A DNA stretch of 64,000 nucleotides from Azolla caroliniana. Its lineage: Eukaryota; Plantae; Polypodiophyta. How positions within the stretch are numbered: position 1 is the stretch's first letter; every line of letters begins with the position of its first letter. Both the position numbers and the translations under genes were made by a program. The stretch lies in the NCBI GenBank assembly GCA_043228905.1, contig JBHGNT010000005.1, forward strand, positions 7,564,001-7,628,000, in the 5' to 3' direction. Below, one piece after another: positions 50,274-61,900 of the stretch. The notes under the pieces were generated by a model. The model searched no databases, was not told where the DNA came from, and was given only the letters and a program-made list of their open reading frames with translations.

Positions 50274-52917
50274 TCAGAGTGAAGGTGTTCCGCCATCTAG
50301 AGCAACAAATCTCAAATCAAGGTCCATATTTACCACGGCAAAGGTCTGCACATAACAACCTTATACTAGAACCTGAGAAGAACCCATTAAACAATTGTGC
50401 TCTTTTATTGTTCATACATCTCATGAACATGTAACCACCACTAATCACATACTGCAAAAAAGCAAGCATTACTTAACTTAGTGCACGTCTGAAATAAGAG
50501 AGATGTCCTGAATTTTGCCAAGTGATTTTATATTTCTACTCACATTACAAGTTGCCCGAATAACAGTGTCATCATCATTGCAATTCCACCAAGGAGAGGG
50601 CACACACGCCCAGTATCGGCACCAACCACAATTGGCACTGCCATTTACTCCATGCAAAATCAGTATTATAAGAGTAATAAATCTGCATGTCAAAGACAGA
50701 AAATATCCATGATCAGCATATTCACACAACAGAGTATCAATGGAAGTTTCTTGATTGTTGGGGAAAGACATAGACATCCTTGATATCCCTAATGTCAATA
50801 ACCTTTACATTGATTAATTTCAATATCCTCTATAAGTCAAACACCAAAACAGACCGAACACATTTGATATTTACCAGAATAAACCCTCAGTTCTCAACGC
50901 TTGCCAGGCTATTCCTACAACGTATTCTTGTAATGCTTGAAAACTAGGCAAATATATACTAGATTTCTAGATTTAGCCCACAGAAAACACAAGGAAATAA
51001 ACAGTTTTCATTACTAGCATTACCCTATGGCTAGAAGGAAGGCAGCAATAACCCAGAGAGTAATTTGATATCCAGCATATTTTACAAGTGTGTTTGGTCT
51101 TTCGCCTGGTGCTTTACTGTTCCAATCACGGTGAGGCCGCATAAGAAACATAAAACCCAACCAGAAGCCAAAGATAAACCCTCCAATAGAAGCAAAGTTT
51201 CCAACATATGGAAATATTCCAACAGCTAGATTCAAGGAAAATATGCAGAAAATAGTCATAAATGATACAAACTGCAAAAAAAACAACGAGGATCACTCAC
51301 ACAAAGCATTTATGTTTTAACTGATTCGATCTAATAAAAAGGTGGGGATACATACGTAAGTGATACCAACCTTTGTTTTATGGTGGGATGCATTGGTGAT
51401 TAATTCAGAAAGCATAGCACCTAGCAAGCCAAACAATGGAGTGGATGCACCTGCTGAAACCTGATGCTGAACAAAAAGTGCCCCAAAAAGGCTACCACCA
51501 ATGCCAGATAGAAATAATATGCCACCTATCCTCCCTATCAAATGAATGAACAGACATACAACAAAAGAAAGTTTATTAATACATTTTTATTCTCAAAACC
51601 TTTGGGTAATAAATAAGAGTGGCAAATGGCAATGCAACTCACCAAAACCAAACTCTTGTTCCAATGGTATCCCTATAAACAGCAGACTTAAAACATTAAC
51701 AAAGAGATGGAAAACGCCCACATGCAACCAAATGCAAGTAAAGATACGCCATAGCTGATCAGAGGATAATCCACCCATTTTCAATAATCTGATGCAAGAA
51801 ATTAGTCGGGAAAACATAATAATCAGAGTGCTGCATATACAGAAGAATGAAAGAATTAAATGGAACAATATCTGTGAATAGAAAGTACATTCCCACTAGA
51901 GTCCAGCATAGATAAAATGCATTGCAAATTTGGAATTAAAAATCAGACCCCATGTATAATAGTACATATATAAAGGTTGAAACAAACTAAAAAGAAGAAT
52001 GGCTGCAAATATATGTATGCCCAATACAGTCAGTTATACAGGCTGAGCCCTGTCAAGAAGGTTATTGTGGGGTTTGGAATTTTTATTGTGTTCATTAATT
52101 ATAAGCAGGAAGAAAGATTATTTATATTCCTCTTTAGTTCGTATCTGGAGTTAAACGGAGATCCTATGTACATTCAATGATGAACGAGCTAAAATAAAAC
52201 AATGTCTGTAGACAAGAACCTCATAAAGCATACGGAAAACCTATTCCACATGTTCAAACTTAGTTAACATACGTATGATAACGTATCCCACATCTGGAGG
52301 ATGAATGATAAATAAAATAATGCATGTGATCAGAACTTAAATAAAGGAAACCTGAAAGACATTCTATTTTCTGCTAAGCCATCATTTTAAGGTGCTGTAT
52401 ATAAGCCATCATTTTTTTCTGCATAGATAAAAAGCTAGAATAAAAAACATGACTTCATCTATAATTCCTTCTGTTTTCAGTTTCAATAAACAACTAGAAG
52501 CAACATGACTTAGCCCCTTAACTGAAAACAAACTTTCTTTCATCTTAGATAAAAGAATCAATCTCTTTGGTGATAATGCAGAAAAGAAATGGATTCTTAC
52601 GTTGAAGACGAGGGTCCGAGTAGAGGATTCTCTCTGAAAGGCTGAAATGAGAACCTTCCAAGAAACCCTAAAACACAGAAACCCGACTGCTGTGGACAGT
52701 AATTCACATACATTACCATGATGAGAAACAATATCTCCACTGTACACACAAGTGGTATCAAAAAATATCTCCATTTTGAACGACCTTCTTCCTTTTCTTC
52801 TTCTTCTTTCTTTTTCCTTCTACTACCCGACATAACTCGGCTTAATGACTGCCATATCGGTGCCATCTGCATTCGAAGAAATGAAAGGAAACGAGGTGGA
52901 ACAAGGGATGTTGCCAT
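50274..52917 (-). CDS. Rhomboid-like protein (plant RBL1-7/KOM type), apparently catalytically inactive; exons 52917-52601, 51788-51643, 51534-51371, 51271-51024, 50682-~50544, probable last exon 50345-50274 (alternatively ends at 50478)
   Basis: [69 protein letters not shown]; GT-AG sites keep the frame; 3' end uncertain. Confidence 0.9.
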
Positions 52918-52987
52918 GAGAGTCAATAAACAGGGGAGATATGGGATAAAGCCATCGGTTTGAAGCTGAAGGTCTCAACACAGAAAC

Positions 52988-53024
52988 AAGAAGAAGAAGA
53001 AGAAGAAGAAGAAGAAGAAGAAGA
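52988..53024. repeat. (GAA)n microsatellite upstream of the rhomboid start
   Basis: Direct reading. Confidence 0.9.
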
Positions 53025-53329
53025 ATCATCGTTTCGCGTAGTTTCAAGAGAGACACAGAGAATTCTGGGTGTGCCGTTTCTCTCTCTGTTTCTCACTCTC
53101 AGAACGCAAGGTTTCTTCCTTCCTTCATACATCTGCAATGACTCTCTCTCTCTCTCTCTCTCTCTCTACTTCTTCCAAATTCCAAACCATACCCTTCACA
53201 TTTTCTCTTTATTTCCCACAATGCCCCCCTCTCTGTCTCTCACTCACTCACACTCACTACTCATAGGCTTTTCATATATGTATTTACATGACTTTCGAAC
53301 ACAATTGTTTATCTCCATTTACAAACCAT

Positions 53330-53737
53330 TAACAATCGGCAACGGTTCAGTTTGAACCGAACTGAATTGCGAAACCATGGCTTAACGGTTTAAACGGTTC
53401 GGTTTGGTTTTTTTTTTAAACGGTTCGGTTCGGTTCAGTTTCAACACTTAGAAACCCCGGTTTAAATAATCTTTTCATTTTCATGCCTTATTCTCACATT
53501 TTAGAAAAATCTTTAAAATTTTGAAAATTTAAATAATGAAATATTTTAAAATTTTAAAATTCAAATTTGACCTAAGCTGAAAACCGAAACCGAACCATGA
53601 ACCCGTAGTTTTATCGGTTTGAAATTTTTTAATGGTTCAGTTTAACAATTTCGTGGTTTTGTTCGGTTCAGGTTTCTAAATTTTTAAACGGTTCAGTTTT
53701 GACCCTCTCGAACGAACCAAACCATTGCCGATTGTTA
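53330..53737. mobile_element. Complete hAT-like MITE upstream of the rhomboid gene
   Basis: TIR taacaatcggcaacggtt / aaccattgccgattgtta; perfect 8-bp TSD caaaccat (53322-53329, 53738-53745); ggttcg/aaaccg subterminal repeats. Confidence 0.93.
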
Positions 53738-55540
53738 CAAACCATCCTAAAATATAGGTTGAAAGAACTTCTGAAAATCTCCCAATGATATGTGTCAGCT
53801 ACTTGGTTACTTTGATGATGAATAGTTGAAATGGTTCGAATAAATTTCAGTCAATGTCCAAATTGATGTGCGCTCTCGTATTTGAATGACAAGCAAGTAT
53901 CTAACCTTTTGTGTGATAGAAGTTCTTTAAGTTGGTTATTTGATTGGCACAAATTCCCTTTGAAAACATTATTAATTTAAAACATTAGCATCAATATTAA
54001 AATGCATGGTCTATACTTCAGAGCATGTTTAGGGCAATATTTGTTTATGAAATGTAAGAAAAGGAAACAAATCTTTAATGTAAGCACCAAATTTCCATTT
54101 GGAATCAATATTCTTTCATGAGAATATATAGCATAGAGAATAAGTCATGTCATCTCATAGGTGAGCAATGAGAGGGTTTATGGATCGAGGCATGGAGCAC
54201 TCTTCAACCAAAGGTTAAGATGGATGAAGAACAACAACTAAATGACTAAATGCCGGAGCTTGGGAAATAAGCCACATCACAAGACCAAGCATTAATGACC
54301 CATTAGTGCCCTAATCCTTAATTGTGTCGATCAATAATTGGAAATTGGAAACATCACCCTAATGAAAATGTCATTTGAGGATATAAGTATATACACATCT
54401 AAAATATTTAGACATAATTTAATTTTCTTGATAGTGAGATGCCCTGCACAATTGTCACAAATGCAAAATTACACGGCAACACACATTTCACCATATCTTC
54501 GCTTGAGTGCATATTTCAAAGGCATCACACATACCCTTGCCCTTTGTATCTCGATAAAGTATAAGAAACTCTTCTCATTCACTTAAGCATCTTTTGACAT
54601 TTTCAATCATTGGGGAGTATAATATACTTTTCAATTAAGTTGGTTGGGTGAAATGATCAATTAAAGAACTCTCCACCATTAAAAAATATTGGGTTCCAAA
54701 AACTTATTGTTCAAGCAATCAATGGAATCTTGCACAAATGGTTTACCATCAAATTTGTATTATATTATATTGGGGTTAGTATTAGTACTTGGTGCAAATG
54801 CACTTTTATTACATTTCTATTGAGATTCTTCTCAAATTGTATGTATTGCATATCCCTACTATCAACCTAAACATGTCTATAGAAGACTTATGACGACTTC
54901 TAGATGTAAACATTGCACATCCATATATCACAACCCTTTTAGATATAGATAGATTTTATTATTGTTTTCGGGGACAAATATGACATTTGGGACAAAAAAT
55001 ATACCATTTCCACATAATACTTGTAAAAGTGACGAGCGACTCTTGATGTTCAAAATTTTTACTAATGAATGTTGCAATCGAGAGTGTGCATTGTGATAGT
55101 TAGAGAAGTTTGTTAGGGATTGGGTGGGTTTGGTCGAATATGTGTCGAAAACATGCTCGCATGTGATCAAAGGTAGAGCATTTTATGAAAGTTTGATATT
55201 TAAACTCCCAAACATGTTAAGGGCAAAGTGTACATTGTTGAATACTCTCATCACTTGTGCCCCCATCACACATTCTAGTGAGTATCAACTACAATGCATG
55301 GAAGCAATGGTTTGGATGATAGAAAAAATGAGGGGCTCAAACATGTATTCATGTGTGCGGTTCCTTCGTTCAACGAAGAATACGGTTCTATAGTTAGGTT
55401 ATAATATGTTAGGGATGAGCCTTCGCACTTTCACCATGTCATGATACATTGATGTTGCAAAAAGGTTGCATTCAAAGAGGAATTTGTTGATGCCTCATGA
55501 AGAGCTCGAGAGAGTGCGTGTGTGAAAGAGAGATCTCAAA

Positions 55541-55610
55541 TGGATTTAGCTCAATTGGTAAGGTTGCCCAATGGAGACCAAATAGTCATGGGTTCAACCC
55601 CTACATTCCA
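55541..55610 (+). other. tRNA-derived (SINE-head-like) fragment
   Basis: A box tagctcaattgg 55547-55558 and B box ggttcaacccc 55591-55601 at tRNA spacing; no cloverleaf. Confidence 0.5.
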
Positions 55611-55619
55611 TTCTCCAGA

Positions 55620-58600
55620 TACTATTTGAATTGGCAATTGACAAACAATGCCATTGATGTTTTGAACGCCTCCATTTGCCATGTGAACTTGATAGATATG
55701 ATCACTTGCGTTTATGCAGAGTTGCATTTGCTGCACCAAGTGATCATTAAGAAAATTGTGAGAACTACCGGAATCAAACAAGAAATGTGCATGTGTTCCA
55801 TTGATATACCCAACTGCTCGGAGTAAATCATTAGGTCCAAGTAAATGTGAAGGAAAAGTGCATCCACATGAACTTAAGTGGTTGGTATGAACTTTAATAA
55901 GATCAAAAGACTCACCTGTGTGACTTGTAGATTTGTCTTGAGGAGGGGTGTTCATTGACTTCCTCTCAAGACGACGACATGTATCCTTTGTGTGGCCCCG
56001 CTTCTTGCAATATGCATAGAAGAGGTTCGGTTTCTTTGAGTCGCGGTCAAGAGTGTCACTGGATTGCTTACGTTTCCCAATGAACTTGACATTCGCAGTT
56101 TTGGCGAACTCAGGTTTATTGTGGTCTTTCTTGGAAGTCCTATGGTACCGAAATACAATGTTGACGGCTTCCTCGTAAGTTGTGGGGTCCTTGCCATGGA
56201 CAATCCAATGGTAATCCCCATTGGGAATACCATTAAAAAAACAAGAGACAAACCATTTCTCACCCGTAAGTCCCGATTTTTGGATTTGGGTCCGAGCATG
56301 ATGCACGAGAGGTAAATGGCTTGCTCGACAAAGTGAGCAAGTTTTGTGCTTGTTTGGTTTGAGAAGGTGGCTGCAAGAACTGATTCTTAAAAACATCGAC
56401 GAAACCGTCCCAAGTTGTGGGTATGTTCTTTACAATCCTTAGGCCGCGCCACGAAGCATCAACTCCACCACCTAACTCGCGACTGACATAACCAATTTTT
56501 ACAACATCGGGCTTGGTATGGAGCTCAAAGTGAGACTCCCAATGACCAAACCAAGTGCTAATGCCCTCCTCGGTTCTTTCTTTCTTATCTCCCTTGAATG
56601 GCGTGACTACAAAAGAAGGTTCACCTTCTTTCTTGGATTCAATAGTAAATTCTTGAAATTTCTTTTCGAAAGCCATATTGGGTTGCCTCATTTCGGCCAA
56701 TTGATTCAAGGTAGTGGTGAGGAATTGCTCAATAGTTATCCAGCTTGTGTGTGAGATGCGGATTGGAGTTGAGAGGTCTCGTCGGAGAGATCGTTGTAAC
56801 AGTGTTCAAAACTTGTTCCATGATGCAAGCTATGTGTACGCAATATAAATAAGGAGGTTCAGAAAATACACAAGCAAAATGAATGCTTGATATTTTGATT
56901 GGAAGAACTTTATCCAAGAAAGCATCTCACGTCTTTACCCCTTTAGACATATGAGATGTGATTCAAGATTTGATAACTATGGTAACACTATGGTGTTTTA
57001 AAAACCATTGGGGAAAACATAGCAAATATGTCTTTCTCATATCTCTATCTTGAATGATCATGGTGGCTCCTCAAGGTTGAACCATGGTTCTAGCATCAAT
57101 GGAATTTCCTAGTTAGCCTTATATTAAAATGCCAACTCAACATGTATTGATATGGTCGAGAAAGTGTATTATGTGAAAAGCCAAGTTCACTCGCAAGTAA
57201 TATTCTAGTCTTGCGAGTAACAAGGAAATGTTATGACAGAAACGATAAGAGTCAAGGCACTACCCATAAGAGTCAAGCAATGACAAAAACAAGGGTCAAA
57301 AAATCCATGTGCTACCTACTAAAAAAATGTCACAAATAAATGGATGGTGTGAGGTATGCACATATACATCCCAATATGGTGGTTGTAATTTGCAGAATTG
57401 TGACATAAGCCACAAATTGATATAAGTGGTGGTGGTGTTGTGCGTAAAGATGTAATACTCAAATCTATGAGTAAAACATCAATAGGGGAACTCATGTGGT
57501 TTTACTTGAGTTCTAAGGCTCGATAATATGAGTTAAACCTAGATGACCCGTTGGAAAAAATCATCTAAAAAAGCGGCATGATGCCCACTCAATACGAAAA
57601 AATAGTTTACATGGAAGCGTTACATCATAGGTAAACGCACGTAAATACTTTAAACATGAAAAGTAAGGGTAAAAAAAGAGAGTGAATTGTGTGTGGGTAG
57701 ATGACAATCACAAGAAAATCTTAAGAAAGCAAGAAGATAACTTGTGTAATTAAAAAATATTAGGTAGAATAATAATCAATTAGGTGTATGAAACATTAAG
57801 CATGCCAAAAGGTAAGAAACCCTAGGGTAATCGACATGCACCTCCTTAAGACCACCACATCCCATAGAATCGGCCAAGTGATGGCTCAATAGAGAGTAGA
57901 GTGGCATAGGTAAGTGACATACACCTCATCAAGGCCACAACATCCCATAGAATCGCCCAAGTGATGGCTGAATAAAGGGAAGGCTAGCATACTCAACATC
58001 ATATGCAAAAGGGCCATTGAGGTGAGGATGTGCGATTAGGGCAAACACGCTCGGCCCGATGCACAAGAATAATTATTATTGAAAGAGATGGTTCAAGAGT
58101 GGGAGATACATCACAATATGCAAAAGGGCCATGAGTTGAGTGTGTGCGATTAGTGCAAACACAATAATAATTAAAATCGTGGCATTGTAGAAAGAAGAAA
58201 GAAAGAAAAGAAAACGTAATACAAATTTGATGCGACCAAGAAGAACACATCATAGAAAAAGGAGAGAGAGCGATAAAGAAGAATACCGGGTTAAGAATGT
58301 TGTTTCGATCTTGAGAAGAGCATGACGAGCCTTGTTAGATCCCCATCGCTCACATGCAAAAAACATCAAAACAACAACAACAAAATTGTTAGTAAATGCT
58401 CCGATACCACTATTAAGAGTCTATTACTAATCAATAGACCAAAATAAAGTATAATGAAGGAAAATAGATTGGATTGAAAAACCTATTCCACCTTACCACC
58501 CCCGAGCTATGATCTAGACATAGCCAACCTACCACAGAAGTCCCATACCGCCGGATATTAGGATGACTAATACCTTGGAAGAGATAACACGATCGTTGAG

Positions 58601-58940
58601 ACGAAAGCAAAGCCCGCACCGCCAATGTCTAAGATAGCAACCTTTCGACGTAATGTCCGTATGAGGGTAGCTAAGCCTCATATTAATACCTTTTCCTAGG
58701 CCCCTTGAATAGATGTGCCTTTCTAAAAGGCTCTCTATTCATTGGTTGTCCAAATCATGATAGTGCATGCACCTATCATTCCTTCTATCCAATCACATTA
58801 GTCCCCTTTTTAACATTAGTGAACATACCCTTCACTTATGTAACTATTAGTGACCTACCCTCACCCACGTTATGTGTACATAACATACTCCCCTACTTCA
58901 AAAGATTGCTGCACTCTTGCAATATAAAGTGAGGAAATTG
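55620..58940 (-). mobile_element. Chromovirus pieces related to 21113-28374: gag-protease 56821-55620, long leader, PBS 58409-58398, LTR 58885-58411, PPT and pol tail 58886-58940
   Basis: Gag HARTQIQKSGL..DYHWIVH homologous to the ORF at 21183; FLFDSGSSHNF; PBS tggtatcggagc; PPT gtaggggagta; LTR shares ggtatgggac...gctcgggggtggt with 28090-28151. Confidence 0.88.
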
Positions 58941-61900
58941 TGTCTTAAAGAGTGATACTCCTAGGGCCGGACAAGAGCCTAACACAGGGTGTCCACTTAA
59001 GACACTTCACCAAAGGGTGGTACGGCAAAATGACTTACGGCACAACGCTTAATTAGACCTTAATCGATTACTTAACAATACATCATTAACACGCGTAAGA
59101 TATACAATAAGCACAGAACGGTAATCAACACTGAAAGATTAAGGCAATAAGTTCTATTAATTATCCGCTCTCGATTACATTGTAACCGAGCCTTTATATA
59201 GGTCCCCGGTGCGAAATACAAAACGGTGCCAATCGGCACCTTTTCGGAATCGGTCCGGATCCGGATTGGCATACTGATTCCGGTCCGTCCGTCCACAGCT
59301 ACTCATATATTACTATATATTTTAAGACTACTAATTACAACAGTTCTCGAATAAACTATTCCTTTTCACACTCTGGTTTGGACCTCCTTAAGCCTTCTTG
59401 CCAACCGGTAACACATGGCACACCCGTGGGACAGTACCTTGTACGTCGAACCCATTATCTAGCCCTTTTACGCTTCGTCCAAAATGTCCAGAATGCTTTG
59501 CTCCAAAATTTCCAATGGCTCGTCGAGAATATGTTGTTGTTGCTGTGGCTGCTGTTCCGTTTGTGGCTGTGGCTGCTGCGTTTGTGCCTTCTCCGTTTGG
59601 GGCTGCGGCTCCGTTTGTCGTTCTGGCACCGACGTTTACTTTGTTGGTTCCTCCGTCGGAGTTGTTTATGGCTGACTGACCCCGGCTTGGTCCCCGTTTG
59701 GTCTTAGTACCGGTGACGGTTCCTCATCACTAAGGTTGACCTGACCGTTGCCGCCTTCCACGATTTTTCTTCCCAAAGCCGGGACCGCTCATAGCTCTCA
59801 AACTGGATTTGAGCCTCCAGCCGATCGTCGTCCAGTTGAGCTATGAGCTGCCAGACCTGCACCAATTGTTCATCCGCCAGGGCTGTGAAATCTTCAGCCA
59901 GCTCATCCCTTATGGCGGTGAAGTCCTTCGATGTCAGCGTATAACAGTCGTCACTCTCCTTCCGTCGGTTTTCCACGTCCGCCCTGAGCAATTGGAGTTC
60001 CGTCGTATTCTGCACCCATTTCGTCCACCAACGCACAGAGTTGTCGTCAATCAAGCTTTTGGTCTTAGTGAGCCATGACCGGAGGATGCACTGGTTCCGT
60101 TCGGCTCCCATCCGTGATTTATTTTCTGCGGCTTGTCGCTCCTCTTTCAATTGCTTGATGATTCGGACCGTGTCCGCCTCCTGCTCCCTATAATGCGACA
60201 ATTGATTTTGATAGGTTGTTTGCAACCTCTGTAATACCATTGTCGCTCTTTCCTTGTCTTCATGGTTCTGTTTGTGGAGCTCCATCCGGTCATTCGCCGC
60301 TTCCTCCAATAGCTTGGAACTCTCAGCTCGTTCTTTGGCGAGTGCTGCTGTGGCCCTATCAACTTCTTGCCGGAGCTCAACCATCCATTCCTATTGCTGC
60401 TTATACTCCGTCTCTAGCTGCTTGTAGTCTCGGTGTAGATGATCAAAATCATCGGTCTTCTGCTTCAGCCTCTGGTTGATCTGCCGGCGCGCGCGGTCCT
60501 CCCGGTCCTTCTGTTGACGGAGTTCCTCCTTCAGCCTCTCGATTTTCGTCTCTGCCATCTGTCGCAGCTTGTCTTTTTCCTGCAACAATTTCTCCTTTTC
60601 CTCCTTTAGCCAGTTGTAAGCATGATGTCCTTTACACAGGTTTTCCTCTGCCCGGCGGAGGTTCTCAATAGTCTTCTTTAATTCTTCTTCGACTGCCTTC
60701 TTCAAGTCGCGTTCGCGGCTCCGTAATGCTTCTTGTGTGGCAAGTTCATTTCGTAATTCCGCAAGCTCTTGGGCTTGCGATGCATCTTTCTTCGGGACAG
60801 TTTGTGTCTCCGGGGTCTTATTCCTCTGTACATCAACCGGAGTCATCGGTGCTTGGATCTGCATTGCGGTTAGGGCCATTTTGGCCATGTCTCCTGTGAT
60901 CCGATCCAAGTCTTGTTTGAGGCACCGGATCCTTGACCGGGCCGTCTCCAGTTCATCGGTTGTGACGAGCAACCGTTCCGTTTGCGCTCTTTCTTCCGCC
61001 TCTATTCATTCGACTACTCCGGCAATTTGGTCTCCTATCCACCGGAGCCATTGGCTGCCGGTGCACTATTGTTGCGCTTGCACGGAGGGTTGGCTGATGG
61101 GTTCACTCGCCGATGGCTGGTCCCGCCTTACTGCGTCGAGCTGCCCTTCTGGTTCTGCCAGCTGACCACTTTGCCGTTCCGGCTCTAAGTGTATTTCAGC
61201 TAGCCGCCCCTTGTCTGCTTGTTCTTGGCCGGCTGGGAAGGTTGGCCTTTGTATATCCGGCTCTTGAGTTACGGGGCTTGCCGGCGCTGCCTGTTGTGCA
61301 GGGACTTCTGTGACCGGTTCCATCCGAACCGGTTCCGGTGCCTCCCTTGGTGTGGGATGCTTAGTGTGAATTGCGGGCGTTCCATCCCTCTATGGGTCCG
61401 AACGCTTCCCGGCTGGCTCAACAGTGCTCTTTACCAACCGCCGCTGGAGGTGCTCCGTGGGTTCTTCCTCCATTTCCTCCGCTTGAGTCCTGACATTCAT
61501 TCTTGCCACCAGGGTGTCCGTTTCTTGTTGCATCGGTCAGTGGAGTGGGCTCTTCAGGGGCCGTGCCGATGTCTCCTCACTTGCATCCGTCGGCCGCTTT
61601 CGGCAGGCGCACTCCTTTGCCGCCTTCTCTGCGTCAGCCGTATTCGCCTTAGTGGCCTTGGAGGCCAACAACTGTTGCCGTTTCGAAGCAGGTTTCAGGG
61701 TGCCGTCCGTGGCTCTTCCCCGCTTCTTGGTCTGGACAGGCTCGACCGGTGGCGCCAATAGGGTGAGCCATTGTGTCACCGCATGCCATATTTTCCGGCC
61801 TTCCTTGCCGTCCTTTCCTCTTACTATATCAATAGCCGTACACAGCCGTTGGCGATCAGCACCAGCCAATCCACCTTGACCCCTTCGTATGTCGCGATAA

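Noticed and set aside
59398-59707. Cys-rich or hydrophobic plus-strand ORFs
   Set aside because: Antisense reading of the Q/P-rich tail of the minus-strand extra ORF
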